A DNA stretch of 60,927 bases, counting the filler. It is 5 parts of 5 records of this genome, joined end to end, with 100 filler letters (N's around TTAATTAATTAA, not from the genome) between each part and the next. Parts side by side here need not be neighbours in the genome. Positions count along the whole stretch, not along the records: positions 37,751 to 45,926 come from SRR20825006_2075; positions 46,027 to 55,438 come from SRR20825006_2078; 3 more parts are not named here. The stretch is one strand, 5' to 3'. The notes under the pieces were generated by a model that made no database searches, was not told the DNA's origin, and saw only the letters and a program-made list of their open reading frames with translations. Of the stretch, positions 40,939 to 52,066 are shown piece by piece. The position numbers and the translations under genes were made by a program. Every line of letters begins with the position of its first letter. The stretch's first letter is position 1.

Positions 40939-41789
40939 TTGGACGTCCTGCCTGTGGGGTCAAGGCTATCGCGCAGCCAGTCGCCCAGAAGGTTCAGGCC
41001 AAGCACGGTCAAAAGAATGGCAAGCCCGGGGAAAACCGATACCCACCAGGCATTCTGCAAATAGGTCCGCCCATCGGCCAGCATCCCGCCCCAGCTTGGG
41101 ATCAGGGGGTCCACCCCCAGCCCAAGGAAGGTCAGGCTGCTTTCAAGCAGGATGTTGGTCGCAACATTAAGCGTCATCAGAACAATCACCGGCCCGATCA
41201 GGTTGGGCAGAAGGTGACGGAACAGGATATGAATATCGCGCACGCCAATCGCCTTGGCCGACTGGATGAATTCCCGATCCCGTAGTGACAGAACCGATCC
41301 CCGCACCAGACGGGCATATTGCACCCATTGCGCAATGATCAGCAGAATGATCATGTTGGTCAGTCCACCGCCGATGATCGCGATAAAGGTGATCGCCAGC
41401 AAAATGAACGGCAATGCAAGCTGCACATCGGCAAAGCGCATCACGATCATGTCCCAGAAACCGCGATAATATCCCGATATCAGGCCCATGATCACACCAA
41501 TGACAACCGCCCCTGCAACGGAAAACAACCCAACCTGAAGCGATATTTTGCCGCCTGAAACCACACGTGCCAACACATCACGCCCGAGCGGATCGGTGCC
41601 AAAAATATGATCGGCATTGGTAAACGGCGCGATCAGGCGGGCCGAAAGATCAATCTTGTCCGCGCCGCCAGGAAACAGCAGATCGGAAAACACGACCAGA
41701 AAACAGATGCCACCGGTCAGAACAGCCCCCAGAACGAATTCAAGATTTTTAAAACGCGCAAACCGCGCCTTGGTTGCAGTGGTCGCCAT
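40935..41789 (-). CDS. Peptide/nickel ABC transporter permease (DppC/OppC-like)
   Basis: HIFGTDPLGRD, EAA-like loop, ESSLTFLGLG, P.WGGML; start ATG 41789. Confidence 0.93.
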   Translation of the reverse strand: MATTATKARFARFKNLEFVLGAVLTGGICFLVVFSDLLFPGGADKIDLSARLIAPFTNADHIFGTDPLGRDVLARVVSGGKISLQVGLFSVAGAVVIGVIMGLISGYYRGFWDMIVMRFADVQLALPFILLAITFIAIIGGGLTNMIILLIIAQWVQYARLVRGSVLSLRDREFIQSAKAIGVRDIHILFRHLLPNLIGPVIVLMTLNVATNILLESSLTFLGLGVDPLIPSWGGMLADGRTYLQNAWWVSVFPGLAILLTVLGLNLLGDWLRDSLDPTGRTSK

Positions 41790-41793
41790 GGGG

Positions 41794-42717
41794 TTACTCC
41801 GTCCGGATACGTGGATCAATCAGGCCATAGGCAATGTCGACAAGCAGGTTCACCCCGACAATCATGATCGACAGAACCGTAATCACAGCCTGTAAAACCG
41901 GATAATCACGTGCACCAACGGCCTCAAAGGCCAGCGTGCCCATTCCCGGCCAGTTAAACACCAGCTCAACGACAACAATCCCGCCCAGAAGGTTGCCAAA
42001 CTGCAAACCGAAATAGGTAACAAGCGGGATCGCACAGTTGCGAAGCGCGTGTTTATACAGCACGACATTCTCGCTAAGCCCCTTGGCGCGCGCGACCATG
42101 ATGTATTGCGACTGAAGGGTTTCCAGCATCGAGGTCCGCACAAGCCGCACATTGGTCGCGGTCAGGATCACCCCCATGGTGATGGCTGGCATGATGAAGT
42201 TCTCAATCCCCGTCATGCCACTTGGCGGCAGAAGCCGGAAAGTAATCGACAGCAACAGCACCAGCATGATCGCCAGCCAGAAATTCGGGAATGACAGACC
42301 AACCAGCGACAGAATGCGAATGACCTGATCGGGCCATTTGCCACGCGAAATGGCGGCCTTGATCCCCAGCGGGATCGAAATCACGATCGACACAAACATC
42401 GATGCAAACGCCAGCATCAGGGTAGCGGGCAATGCATTGCCAATCAGGGTGGAAACCTGCGTTCCACCAAGGAAGGATCTACCGAAATCAAGGCTGAAAA
42501 GCCCCAGCATGAAATCGGCATACTGAACAAAAAACGGCTGGTTCAAACCAAGGGATTCACGAATACGTGCAAGGTCTTCCTCGGTGATGCTGCCGGCCCC
42601 CTGGCTTAGCATCAGCGCCGGGTCACCCGTCAGGCGTATGGCAAACGAGACAATCAATGTCACCGCGACGACCACGAAAATCGCCTGCAAAAGGCGTTTG
42701 ATCAGAAAACCAGCCAA
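41794..42717 (-). CDS. Peptide/nickel ABC transporter permease (DppB/OppB-like)
   Basis: GDPA, DFGRS, ARAKGL, HALRN, RDYPVLQ, DPRIR. Confidence 0.93.
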   Translation of the reverse strand: MAGFLIKRLLQAIFVVVAVTLIVSFAIRLTGDPALMLSQGAGSITEEDLARIRESLGLNQPFFVQYADFMLGLFSLDFGRSFLGGTQVSTLIGNALPATLMLAFASMFVSIVISIPLGIKAAISRGKWPDQVIRILSLVGLSFPNFWLAIMLVLLLSITFRLLPPSGMTGIENFIMPAITMGVILTATNVRLVRTSMLETLQSQYIMVARAKGLSENVVLYKHALRNCAIPLVTYFGLQFGNLLGGIVVVELVFNWPGMGTLAFEAVGARDYPVLQAVITVLSIMIVGVNLLVDIAYGLIDPRIRTE

Positions 42718-42745
42718 AACACTTGTCCTTTAAAGAAATAGGCAT

Positions 42746-42778
42746 GAAAGCCGCCCGGCATCGATCCGGGCGGCTTTC
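42746..42778. terminator. Intercistronic stem-loop downstream of the substrate-binding protein gene
   Basis: GAAAGCCGCCCGG-N7-CCGGGCGGCTTTC 13-bp stem; typical mRNA stabiliser or partial terminator. Confidence 0.7.
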
Positions 42779-42786
42779 GTTTCACA

Positions 42787-44319
42787 TCAGTCGACAGTCA
42801 CTTCCGTCAGGCGCAGACGGCTGTCGGGAACCGGGGTGAAATTCTTGACGCGCTTGGACACCCCAAAGATCGCATTGAGGTTATAAAGCGGCATTTCCAG
42901 CGCGCGATCGGCCGTGTAATGTGCAATCGACTGCAGGATTTCTTCACGTTTGGCACGGTCGGTAATCGCACGCTGGGATTCCAGCAGCTTGTCGAGTTCC
43001 GGATCGCTGTCATACGGGTTCCACTTTTCGCCCGTGTGATACATGAAGTAAGCGGTGTTATCATAATCAAGCGTCCAGCCGCCCCACGACTGCTGGAACA
43101 TCGCACCGGTTTTACCCGCCGGAATTATGTCATTAAGCAGAACGTTGGTTTCATAAGGCTTGATCGTCGCGTTCAGGCCAATCACCTGAAGGTAGCTGGC
43201 AACGGCCTGGGCAACTTCGTTAAAGGTTGCGTCATTGCCGCGAATGTCGATCTGGATTTTCGTACCCGGTGCAACACCGGCTTCTTTCAGAAGCGCCTGT
43301 GCCTTGGCCGGATCATACGGCAACGGTTTCATCGACGGATCGTTACCAAACGACAATTCACCCTGGAAACTTGCAATCGGGGCTGCCTGACCACCAAGGA
43401 TCGAGTCAATGATCGCCTGACGATCCACACCGTAAATCATCGCCTTACGGACTTTTTCATCCGCCGTGATGCCATTGCCGGTGTTAAAGCGAAGCGCATA
43501 AACCGTCGGGCTTACGGTGGTGACGATATCGATATTTTCGTCTTCTTCAATGGTCGGGATCATGCCAATCGGAATGGTCGGCGGAATGACAAGGTCAACG
43601 TTCCCGGCCTGAAGTTCCGCAACCGCGGTCGACGGTTCACTGATGAAGCGATACTGGATGGTCGAAAGTTTCGGCGCACCGCCCCAATGATCAGCATAGG
43701 CTTCAAGTGTCAGACCAACTTTCGGCTCATAGGAAACCATTTTGAACGGACCGGTGCCGATCGGATGGGCGTTGAAATAATCTTCGCCTTTTTCCGCGAT
43801 ATATTTCGGCGGAACAATCATCGCACCATAACCGGCAAGCTTGGTCAGAAGCACCGGATCCGGCTGGGTCAGATGCATATCGACGGTGTTTTCGTCAATA
43901 ACTTCGACCGATTTGATCGCAGCATAGTTTGACCGCTGCGGCCCTTTTTTGCCTTCATCGCCCATCAGGCGATCAAAGGTGAATTTGACCGCTTCGGCAT
44001 TGAACGGCTCGCCATTCTGGAAGGTCACGCCTTCGCGCAGATGGAAACGGATGCGCGTGCCGCCATCAAATTCTTCCCATGATGACGCAAGCCCCGGAAC
44101 CAGTTTGGCATCCGGCCCGCGATAGGTCAGACCGTCATAAATATTGGTCGCAACCGACGACCAGTTGACCAGAAACGTATCGACCGGGTCCCAGCTACCG
44201 GGGTCCTGTGGTGATGAAATGGTCAAGGTGCCTTCGGCATATGCCGGCGCAGTTGCCATCAGACCGCCCGCAAAGGCAAGAGCCATCAGCGCACTGCGCA
44301 TTCCCTGTTTTTTCGTCAT
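42787..44319 (-). CDS. ABC transporter substrate-binding protein, family 5
   Basis: Signal peptide, PGLA.SW, LREGVTF.NGEPFNAEAVKFTF, PIGTGPF, VRKAM..GVDR. Confidence 0.93.
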   Translation of the reverse strand: MTKKQGMRSALMALAFAGGLMATAPAYAEGTLTISSPQDPGSWDPVDTFLVNWSSVATNIYDGLTYRGPDAKLVPGLASSWEEFDGGTRIRFHLREGVTFQNGEPFNAEAVKFTFDRLMGDEGKKGPQRSNYAAIKSVEVIDENTVDMHLTQPDPVLLTKLAGYGAMIVPPKYIAEKGEDYFNAHPIGTGPFKMVSYEPKVGLTLEAYADHWGGAPKLSTIQYRFISEPSTAVAELQAGNVDLVIPPTIPIGMIPTIEEDENIDIVTTVSPTVYALRFNTGNGITADEKVRKAMIYGVDRQAIIDSILGGQAAPIASFQGELSFGNDPSMKPLPYDPAKAQALLKEAGVAPGTKIQIDIRGNDATFNEVAQAVASYLQVIGLNATIKPYETNVLLNDIIPAGKTGAMFQQSWGGWTLDYDNTAYFMYHTGEKWNPYDSDPELDKLLESQRAITDRAKREEILQSIAHYTADRALEMPLYNLNAIFGVSKRVKNFTPVPDSRLRLTEVTVD

Positions 44320-44384
44320 GTTATTTTTTCTCCGTTGTTGGTGGCTTGGCGCGAGGGGAGACAGGCTTGCGACCCAAGGGCCGC

Positions 44385-45926
44385 TTAACGTGCGTCGGCC
44401 ACAAAGTGACCGGGCGCAATTTCACGATGGGCAAGAATGGCCGGCTCATCACCGACCCGACGGATCGGGCTTGGAATTTCACCATCCATCAGGATACGGT
44501 CGCGCAGGATTGTGGGGTCGGCGACCGGTACGGCACTCAGAAGCCGCTGGGTATAGGGATGGGTCGGCGTTTCAAGAACCTGCTGACGCGATCCAAGTTC
44601 GGCAACCTGACCAAGATAAAGCACGGCGACCCGATGGCTCATTTTTTCAACCACCGCCATGTCATGGCTGATGAACAGATACGCAAGCCCGTGTTCTTCC
44701 TGAAGCTCCATGAACAGATTGATGATCTGCGCCTGGATCGACACATCAAGGGCCGAAAGGGCTTCGTCGGCGATGATCAGCTTGGGATTGGATGCCAACG
44801 CGCGCGCAATGCAGATACGCTGGCGCTGACCACCGGAAAATTCATGCGGGTAACGGTTAGCATGGGCCGATGTCAGGCCGACCCGCTCCAGCAACTGGTC
44901 AACCCGCGCAGCAATCTGTTTTTCACCGTCAATCAGTCGGTGCGTGCGGATCGGCTCGGCAATCGAAAAGCCGATTTTCTTGCGCGGATCAAGGGACGCA
45001 AACGGATCCTGAAAGATATACTGGATCTCCTGACGCAGGCGCTGCTGTTCGCCTTTGCCCATGTCACTGAATGCGCGACCTTCGAAACTGATATTGCCCG
45101 CCGTTGCCTTTTGCAATTGCTGGATCGTGCGGCCAATCGTCGATTTGCCCGATCCGGACTCCCCGACAAGCGCCAGCGTTTCACCGCGATAAATATCGAA
45201 ACTGACATTCTCGACCGCATGCACACGGTGGGAAACCCCGCCAAACAGGCCCTTTTTGATATCAAAGCGCGTTACCAGATCACGCACCGACAATAACGGG
45301 GCCTCGTCGTAACGTGCGGTATTCTGGATATGCTCCGTCCCGACCAGACGCGGCGTATCGCCATCCATCATCGTCACCGGGAACCGTTTGGGGAATGCTT
45401 CGCCTGTCATGCTGCCCAGTTTCGGAACTGCGGATAGCAATGTCTGGGTATAGGGATGGGCCGGATTGGCAAAAATATCGGCAACCGTGCCTTCTTCGAC
45501 CTTCTTGCCCTTCCACATGACGACAACATCATCGGCAACCTCGGCAACAACCCCCATGTCATGGGTGATGAAAATCACCGCCATGCCAAGTTCTTGTTGC
45601 AGATCACGGATGATGGTCAAAATTTGCGCCTGAATGGTCACGTCAAGGGCCGTTGTCGGTTCATCCGCAATCAGAACCTTGGGCCGGCAGGCAAGCGCCA
45701 TGGCAATCATGACGCGCTGGCGCATCCCGCCCGAAAGCTGATGGGGATACCGCCCCAAAAGTTCCTGCGCATCGGGCAGCCGCACCATATCAAGCAGCCG
45801 TTTGCTTTCAACAAGCGCATCGGGCTTGGACATGCCTTCATGCAGCATAAGGGATTCCGCAATCTGATCGCCGATGGTGAAAACCGGATTCAGCGACGTC
45901 ATCGGTTCCTGAAAGATCATCGCGAT
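44385..45926 (-). CDS. Fused double-domain peptide ABC ATPase (DppD/F or GsiA-like), 5'-truncated
   Basis: [39 protein letters not shown] twice. Confidence 0.93.
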   Translation of the reverse strand: MAMIFQEPMTSLNPVFTIGDQIAESLMLHEGMSKPDALVESKRLLDMVRLPDAQELLGRYPHQLSGGMRQRVMIAMALACRPKVLIADEPTTALDVTIQAQILTIIRDLQQELGMAVIFITHDMGVVAEVADDVVVMWKGKKVEEGTVADIFANPAHPYTQTLLSAVPKLGSMTGEAFPKRFPVTMMDGDTPRLVGTEHIQNTARYDEAPLLSVRDLVTRFDIKKGLFGGVSHRVHAVENVSFDIYRGETLALVGESGSGKSTIGRTIQQLQKATAGNISFEGRAFSDMGKGEQQRLRQEIQYIFQDPFASLDPRKKIGFSIAEPIRTHRLIDGEKQIAARVDQLLERVGLTSAHANRYPHEFSGGQRQRICIARALASNPKLIIADEALSALDVSIQAQIINLFMELQEEHGLAYLFISHDMAVVEKMSHRVAVLYLGQVAELGSRQQVLETPTHPYTQRLLSAVPVADPTILRDRILMDGEIPSPIRRVGDEPAILAHREIAPGHFVADAR

Positions 45927-46026
45927 NNNNNNNNNNNNNNNNNNNNNNNNNNNNNNNNNNNNNNNNNNNNTTAATTAATTAANNNNNNNNNNNNNNNNNN
46001 NNNNNNNNNNNNNNNNNNNNNNNNNN
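45927..46026. other. Artificial contig spacer
   Basis: N run + TTAATTAATTAA + N run. Confidence 0.98.
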
Positions 46027-46629
46027 GTCGTCGACATAGACCTGATCGTCATAGGCGGCATCCATCAGCGCATTGCGCGACTTGACGACGCCCGGCCGCA
46101 GCGCCAGGGCCTGCAGGATCAGGAATTCGGTGACCGTCAGGGTCACCCTCTGTCCCTTCCAGGTGCAGGTATGGCGTTCTTCGTCCATCACCAGCGCACC
46201 GCGCTCGATCAGGGCCTTGCTGGGCGAGGCCTCGCCGCCGCTCGTGCCGGTGGCAGAGGGATCGCGCGGCGCCGACCGGCGCAGAATGGCCTTGACGCGC
46301 TCGACCAGCAGACGCTGGCTGAAAGGCTTGGTGATGAAGTCGTCGGCGCCCATTTTGAGGCCGAAGAGTTCGTCGATTTCCTCATCCTTGGAGGTGAGGA
46401 AGATCACCGGCACATCGGATTTCTGCCGCAGGCGGCGCAGCAGTTCCATGCCGTCCATGCGCGGCATCTTGATATCGAGAATGGCAAGGTCGGGCTTGTC
46501 TGTGGTCAAGCCCTCCAGGCCCGAGGCGCCGTCGGTATAGGTGGCGACCTGATACCCCTCCGCTTCCAGGGTCAGGGACACGGAGGTGAGGATATTGCGG
46601 TCATCGTCCACCAGGGCGATCTTTGGCAT
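46027..46629 (-). CDS. chvI: OmpR-family response regulator ChvI, 3'-truncated
   Basis: [50 protein letters not shown]; divergent from pckA as in Rhizobiales. Confidence 0.93.
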
Positions 46630-46892
46630 AAGCTGCCTTTCTTCTCGTGACGCAGGCTCTTGGGTGCAGCACCATACAATGTTGAATGGGCCGGTTGAGC
46701 GACTTTGCAGGCGACAATTACGTATTAAATAAGGCGCGCGCCTGCATTGCGCCAGTCTTGCCTGCATGTATCGGCTTCATCCAACTTCCGTCGTACGACC
46801 GATTTCGGGATGTCGGCCGCCGCTCCACCCCCCTATTTTGCTCTCAAGACGCCGCCAAAGCCATTGGGCGGCCGCGTGGAGAGTACGACATT

Positions 46893-48485
46893 ATGCCCGG
46901 CTACGATCACACCCATCTGCGGACCAGCCTTGCTGCAGCGGCAAGTGCGCTTAGCGACAACGCCATAGCCCCGGCACTGGTTGCTGCGGCCATTGGACAA
47001 GGCGGGGCGCGCCTGACCAGGGATGGCGCGCTGGTGGTGGAAACCGGTGCCTTTACCGGCCGCTCGCCAAAGGACAAGTTCATCGTGCGCGATCTCCTGA
47101 CCCAGGATCGCGTCTGGTGGGACAATTCGGGCGCCATCAGCCCGGACCAGTTCGATGTGCTGCTGGGCGACATCACCGCGCATCTGAGCGGGCAGGCGCT
47201 CTGCCGCCAGGACCTGCTGGCCGGGGCCGATCCCGCGCACCAATATGACGTGAGTGTTCTGACCCCCAGCGCCTGGCATGCGCTGTTCATTCGCAATCTG
47301 CTGATCCGGCCCGGCGAGGAGATCGCCCGGTCGGACGACGCGGTCCCGGTGACCATCATTCACGCGCCCCTGTTCCAGGCGGACCCGGCGCGGCATGGCT
47401 GCCGCACCGAGACGGTGATTGCGCTCGACATGAGCCGCAATATCGTCCTGATCGCGGGCACCCGCTATGCCGGCGAGATCAAGAAGAGCGTGTTCTCGCT
47501 GTTCAATTTCCACGCCCCAGGGCAGGGCGTCCTGCCCATGCACTGCTCGGCCAATCTCGGCCCCGAAGGCGAGGCGGCGCTGTTCTTCGGGCTCTCGGGC
47601 ACCGGCAAGACCACCCTGTCCAACGATCCCAAGCGCCCGCTGATCGGCGATGACGAGCATGGCTGGAGCGATAATGGCGTCTTCAATCTCGAAGGCGGGT
47701 GCTACGCCAAGACGGTCAATCTGTCGGCCAAGGCCGAGCCGGAAATCTTTGAAGCCACGCGCCGCTTCGGCACGGTGCTGGAAAACGTCGTGCTCGACGA
47801 CGCCCATGCGCCTCAGTTCGAAGATGTCTCGCTGACCGAAAACACCCGCGCGGCCTATCCCATCGATGTGCTGCCCTCGATCGCCCGGGGCAGCGTGGGC
47901 GGCACGCCGAAAACCGTGGTGTTCCTGACCGCCGATGCCTTCGGCGTCCTGCCGCCATTGGCGCGGCTCTCGCCCGATCAGGCCGTCTATCACTTCCTTT
48001 CGGGCTATACCGCCAAGGTCGCAGGCACCGAACGTGGCGTCACCGAACCGCAGGCAACCTTTTCGGCCTGTTTCGGCGCCCCCTTCATGCCACTGCACCC
48101 CACGGTCTATGGGCAGATGCTGGCCGAACGGCTTCGCAACAGCGGCGCGCAGGCCTGGCTGCTCAATACCGGCTGGATCGGCGGCGCCTATGGGGTGGGC
48201 AAGCGCATCGATATCGCCTCGACCCGGCGCCTGCTGAGCGCGGCACTGGACGGCGAACTCGCTTCCGTCGAGATGCGGTTCGACCCGCTGTTCGGCTTTG
48301 AGGTGCCGATGAGCGTGCCGGGGGTGGAGGAGCGCCTGCTTGACCCGCGCCAGTGCTGGGCCGATGGCGATGCCTATGATGTCCAGGCGACAAAACTGGT
48401 GGCGCTGTTCCGCAAGAACTTTGAGAAGTTCGGCCCCGAGGCCAATGCGAATGCCGGTCCAAGGCTGCAGATGGCCGCCGAATAG
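46893..48485 (+). CDS. pckA: Phosphoenolpyruvate carboxykinase (ATP)
   Basis: [48 protein letters not shown]; start ATG 46893 after GGAGAG. Confidence 0.96.
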   Translation: MPGYDHTHLRTSLAAAASALSDNAIAPALVAAAIGQGGARLTRDGALVVETGAFTGRSPKDKFIVRDLLTQDRVWWDNSGAISPDQFDVLLGDITAHLSGQALCRQDLLAGADPAHQYDVSVLTPSAWHALFIRNLLIRPGEEIARSDDAVPVTIIHAPLFQADPARHGCRTETVIALDMSRNIVLIAGTRYAGEIKKSVFSLFNFHAPGQGVLPMHCSANLGPEGEAALFFGLSGTGKTTLSNDPKRPLIGDDEHGWSDNGVFNLEGGCYAKTVNLSAKAEPEIFEATRRFGTVLENVVLDDAHAPQFEDVSLTENTRAAYPIDVLPSIARGSVGGTPKTVVFLTADAFGVLPPLARLSPDQAVYHFLSGYTAKVAGTERGVTEPQATFSACFGAPFMPLHPTVYGQMLAERLRNSGAQAWLLNTGWIGGAYGVGKRIDIASTRRLLSAALDGELASVEMRFDPLFGFEVPMSVPGVEERLLDPRQCWADGDAYDVQATKLVALFRKNFEKFGPEANANAGPRLQMAAE

Positions 48486-48497
48486 ACGGCCCAAAAC

Positions 48498-48525
48498 AAG
48501 AAGGGCGCCGCTGGCGCCCTTTTTT
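48498..48525 (+). terminator. Intrinsic (probably bidirectional) terminator after pckA
   Basis: AAGGGCGCC-GCT-GGCGCCCTT followed by TTTT. Confidence 0.8.
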
Positions 48526-48549
48526 CATACCCGTCCCGATGCGGCCCGA

Positions 48550-49437
48550 TCAGGGGGCGTAAAAGATGTGGCTGTCGACCACGGCAACGCGGGCGAAGGT
48601 GTTGGCCCAGGACGGATAGACCGCAGTGGTGTGATAGTAGAGCGTCGAGCCGGGCACCACGCCGATTTCCTCGCCCAGGGCGAATTCGGCATAGACCTTG
48701 TTGGCCAGATCCATCGAGCGCGCCCAGGCGCGGCGTTCGCCCGGCGTATCGTCGCGGCCGTCACAGGCAAAGGTGAACTGGCAGCGATAGCGGCCCTTTT
48801 CGGCATTCTGATAGATCACGCCGCAGAGCGAGCCGGGAAATTTCGAGGACCGGGCCCGATTGACGATGACATTGGCCACGGCGGTCTGGCCGGTCGCGGT
48901 TTCGCCGCGGGCCTCATGATAGATGGCCTGGGCCAGGCACTCGCGCTCCTTATTGGCATATTCGACGCGCTTGGCGGTCGGCTGATAGCCATTCTGGATA
49001 TAATCGGAGAGCAGGTCGGCGGACACCGAGGGCGCCGAGCGCGGCAGCGGCTCGGTGAAGCTGGCAATGGCCGAGAGCGCGGTATTGCCGCCGCCCAGCG
49101 AGCCCCGGCTGATATAGCCCATCAGCAGGTCGTTGGTGAGGGCGGGCTGCGGACCGCCCAGCGTCACATCGACCGAGCGCAATTGCTGCTGGCGTTTGAC
49201 GTAATTGGCGAGCAGGGCCGGTGTCAGCTTCTGCTGGCCCGGCGCCAGCGGCACGGCGGTCGCACCCAGCGCAGCCTGCTCACGCAAGGCGCTAATCTCT
49301 TCGGGCATGGTCTGGGGGAAGATGTCGGTCTGGGCCTGGGCAGGCGAGAGGGTGACGAACAGAACCAGTGCAGCAGCACCAATCGCCAGCATGGGCGAAA
49401 CGGCACGCGCTATTTTCTGCTGCCAGCCAAATTGCAT
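48550..49437 (-). CDS. SleB/CwlJ-like cell wall hydrolase (Hydrolase_2)
   Basis: CLAQAIYHEARGE, VANVIVNR, CGVIYQ, CQFTF.CDG, YYH...V.PSW, HIFY; N-terminal signal. Confidence 0.9.
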   Translation of the reverse strand: MQFGWQQKIARAVSPMLAIGAAALVLFVTLSPAQAQTDIFPQTMPEEISALREQAALGATAVPLAPGQQKLTPALLANYVKRQQQLRSVDVTLGGPQPALTNDLLMGYISRGSLGGGNTALSAIASFTEPLPRSAPSVSADLLSDYIQNGYQPTAKRVEYANKERECLAQAIYHEARGETATGQTAVANVIVNRARSSKFPGSLCGVIYQNAEKGRYRCQFTFACDGRDDTPGERRAWARSMDLANKVYAEFALGEEIGVVPGSTLYYHTTAVYPSWANTFARVAVVDSHIFYAP

Positions 49438-49574
49438 GCCCGGTCCTTACCCCTGGGCCCGTCCGGTCTTCCGGCGGGCCTTCTAGATCCGGGACCCCAT
49501 ACAAGGTCCCTGCACTTCCCGGGCGGCACACTAGACAAGCTGGCCACGGGATGGAAGTCGAAATTTACGGCTGG

Positions 49575-49716
49575 TTAACCATAGCCGTTAGCGACTTAAA
49601 GCAGAGTTAACGCCCCTGTGAACCCAGGGAAACCCCTGATTTTCGGCAGTTTTCGGCGTGCTGAACGCAGCCTTACCCCATTGGATAAAGCTTTATCGAT
49701 TTACGCGAATGGTTAA
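49575..49716. promoter_or_regulatory. CtrA-binding sites upstream of the cell wall hydrolase
   Basis: TTAA-N7-TTAAC at 49596-49611, TTAACCAT at 49575-82 and ATGGTTAA at 49709-16 in an otherwise GC-rich contig. Confidence 0.7.
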
Positions 49717-49739
49717 TTTTTGTTCAGCAGTGTTGCCGC

Positions 49740-50435
49740 TCAGTCGCGCTCGAAGGCGGCCATGTGCACATGCACAAGGCTTTCCATGATAGAAATGCCC
49801 AGCGCATGGATGGCATCATTGGGGCCCACAAGGTCGGGCACCATCACCGTCTGCATGCCCGCGGCATGGGCGGCGTGCACGCCAGAATGGCTGTCTTCAA
49901 GCGCCAGGCAGCGGGTCGGATCGACGCCCAGGCGTTCGGCGGCGATCAGATAGGGTTCGGGGTGCGGCTTGGGATTGACCACGTCATCCCGCGTCACCAC
50001 GGTCTCGAACAGATCCAGCAGGCCCGCCGCGCTCAAATGATGTTCGGCATGGGGATTGCGCGAAGACGTGGCGACCGCCGTGGGGATGCCGCGTGCACGC
50101 AACTCGGAGATGAACGCCTTGGCGCCGGGCTTGACCGGCACGCCCGCATGGCTGCGTTCACGCATGGTCAGGCGGCATTTCTCGTCGAACATGGCATAGG
50201 GAAATGCCACCCCATAGGCCTCGATCAGCAGCTGATTGGTGCGCTCATGGCTCGATCCCACCATGGCGCTATGCACATCATGGGTCATTTCAAAACCCAG
50301 CTCGGTGCAGACATCAAAGACGATGTCGCGGAACACCGCTTCGGTGTCGAGCAGAGTGCCATCCATATCGAAAATGGCGGCGTCGAAGGGCGCCAGGCGG
50401 ATGACGGCGGGGGTCGCGAGAGATGCAGTGTTCAT
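49740..50435 (-). CDS. HAD-family phosphatase
   Basis: FDMDGTLLD, ATSS, KPHPEPY, LEDS..G; start ATG 50435. Confidence 0.9.
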   Translation of the reverse strand: MNTASLATPAVIRLAPFDAAIFDMDGTLLDTEAVFRDIVFDVCTELGFEMTHDVHSAMVGSSHERTNQLLIEAYGVAFPYAMFDEKCRLTMRERSHAGVPVKPGAKAFISELRARGIPTAVATSSRNPHAEHHLSAAGLLDLFETVVTRDDVVNPKPHPEPYLIAAERLGVDPTRCLALEDSHSGVHAAHAAGMQTVMVPDLVGPNDAIHALGISIMESLVHVHMAAFERD

Positions 50436-50539
50436 TTGCCCTTCTATAGGCCGATTTGGTCCGGATCGCCAGACGGGCCGGCGCAGGTCCGGGTTGCACT
50501 GGCGACGAAACAAACGCGCTCTGCTAGCGTTGCCCGGAC

Positions 50540-51949
50540 ATGACCCGATTCATCCCATCCAAAGCCCATGCCAGCCTGGGCGACGATTTTTTCGATGCCG
50601 TCGCGCCGGCCGATTTTCCGCAGACCATGTTGCGCCATCGCGACCAGCGCTGGGCCGAATGCATCGGTCTTGGCGATCTGGACGAGGCCGCCTGGCTTAA
50701 GCATTTCGGTCGTTTCGAGCCCCTGCCCGGCTCGTTTCCCGAGCCGCTGGCGCTGCGCTATCACGGTCATCAGTTCCGCGCCTACAATCCCGAGCTGGGT
50801 GACGGGCGTGGCTTTCTGTTTGCCCAATGCATTGATCCGGTTGACCGGCGCCTGCTCGACTTCGGCACCAAGGGCACGGGCAAGACCCCCTGGTCGCGCG
50901 GCGGCGATGGGCGGCTGACGCTCAAGGGCGGGGTGCGCGAAGTGTTGGCCAGCGAAATGCTCGAAGTGCTGGGCGTCTATACCTCGAAAAGTTTCTCGCT
51001 GGTCGAGACCGGCGAGCAGCTCTGGCGCGGTGACGAGCCCTCCCCCACCCGCTCGGCCGTGCTGACGCGGCTGAGCCACAGCCATATCCGCATCGGAACC
51101 TTCCAGCGCCTGGCCTATCTTGAGGACGACGCAAACCTGGTCCGGCTGGTCGACCATTGTATCGCCCATTACTACCCCGACCTGGCCGGCGCCGAGGACA
51201 AGGCCGTCGCCCTGCTCGAGGCCGTGGTGGCGCAAGTGGCCCGGCTCGGCGCGCAATGGATTGCCGCCGGTTTCGTGCATGGCGTGCTCAATACCGACAA
51301 TATCAACATCACCGGCGAGAGTTTTGACTATGGCCCCTGGCGCTTCCTCCCCGCCTACGACCCGGATTTCACCGCGGCCTATTTCGACGAGACCGGGCTT
51401 TATGCATTTGGCCGCCAGCCCGACACCCTGGCCTGGAACCTGACCCGGCTGGCCGAGTGCCTCTTGCCGCTCTCCTCAATCGAAAATCTGGAACCGGCGC
51501 TCAATACGGTCTGGCCGATCTTCCGCGAGGAATTGCCGCGCCAGATCCTGCGGCGGCTGGGCCTGCAACCGCGCGCGGTTGAACAGGACGGTGCTTTTGT
51601 CACCGCCCTGTTCGGCTTTCTCGCCCAGAGCAAGGCGCCCTATGAGCAATTCTTCTTCGACTGGCGCGGCGGGGCCCTGAGCACTGCGCGGGCCGCCCAA
51701 AGCCCGTCGGCCGATCACTATGCCAGCGAAGCCTTCCGCCCGGTTGCCGATCTGATGGAGGCCTATGGCCCGGCCGACGACGTCAACCTGAACCACCCCT
51801 ATTTCGCCCGCGCGACCCCACGCACCATGCTGATCGATGAGGTGGAAGCCATCTGGGCGCCCATTGCTGAAGCCGACGACTGGAGCCTGTTCGAGACGGC
51901 ACTGGACGAGATCGCGCAGATGCGGGAGGCCTATGGGGTCGGCCTATAG
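50540..51949 (+). CDS. selO: SelO/YdiU protein adenylyltransferase
   Basis: YHGHQF...LGDGRG, KGTG.TPWSRGGDGR, GFVHGVLNTDN, DYGP. Confidence 0.92.
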   Translation: MTRFIPSKAHASLGDDFFDAVAPADFPQTMLRHRDQRWAECIGLGDLDEAAWLKHFGRFEPLPGSFPEPLALRYHGHQFRAYNPELGDGRGFLFAQCIDPVDRRLLDFGTKGTGKTPWSRGGDGRLTLKGGVREVLASEMLEVLGVYTSKSFSLVETGEQLWRGDEPSPTRSAVLTRLSHSHIRIGTFQRLAYLEDDANLVRLVDHCIAHYYPDLAGAEDKAVALLEAVVAQVARLGAQWIAAGFVHGVLNTDNINITGESFDYGPWRFLPAYDPDFTAAYFDETGLYAFGRQPDTLAWNLTRLAECLLPLSSIENLEPALNTVWPIFREELPRQILRRLGLQPRAVEQDGAFVTALFGFLAQSKAPYEQFFFDWRGGALSTARAAQSPSADHYASEAFRPVADLMEAYGPADDVNLNHPYFARATPRTMLIDEVEAIWAPIAEADDWSLFETALDEIAQMREAYGVGL

Positions 51950-52066
51950 GCGGTCATTGCCGGGCCGGCCGCTACGCCGAGAATGCCAGGCGCCTTGCTA
52001 CCGGCGTGAAACCAGTGTTCGGGCATGGTCCGGATTTCGAACCGGCACAGGGATCACTCCGCAAAC

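Noticed and set aside
46833-48494. 553-aa minus-strand ORF
   Set aside because: Antisense shadow of pckA in high-GC DNA with no recognisable motifs
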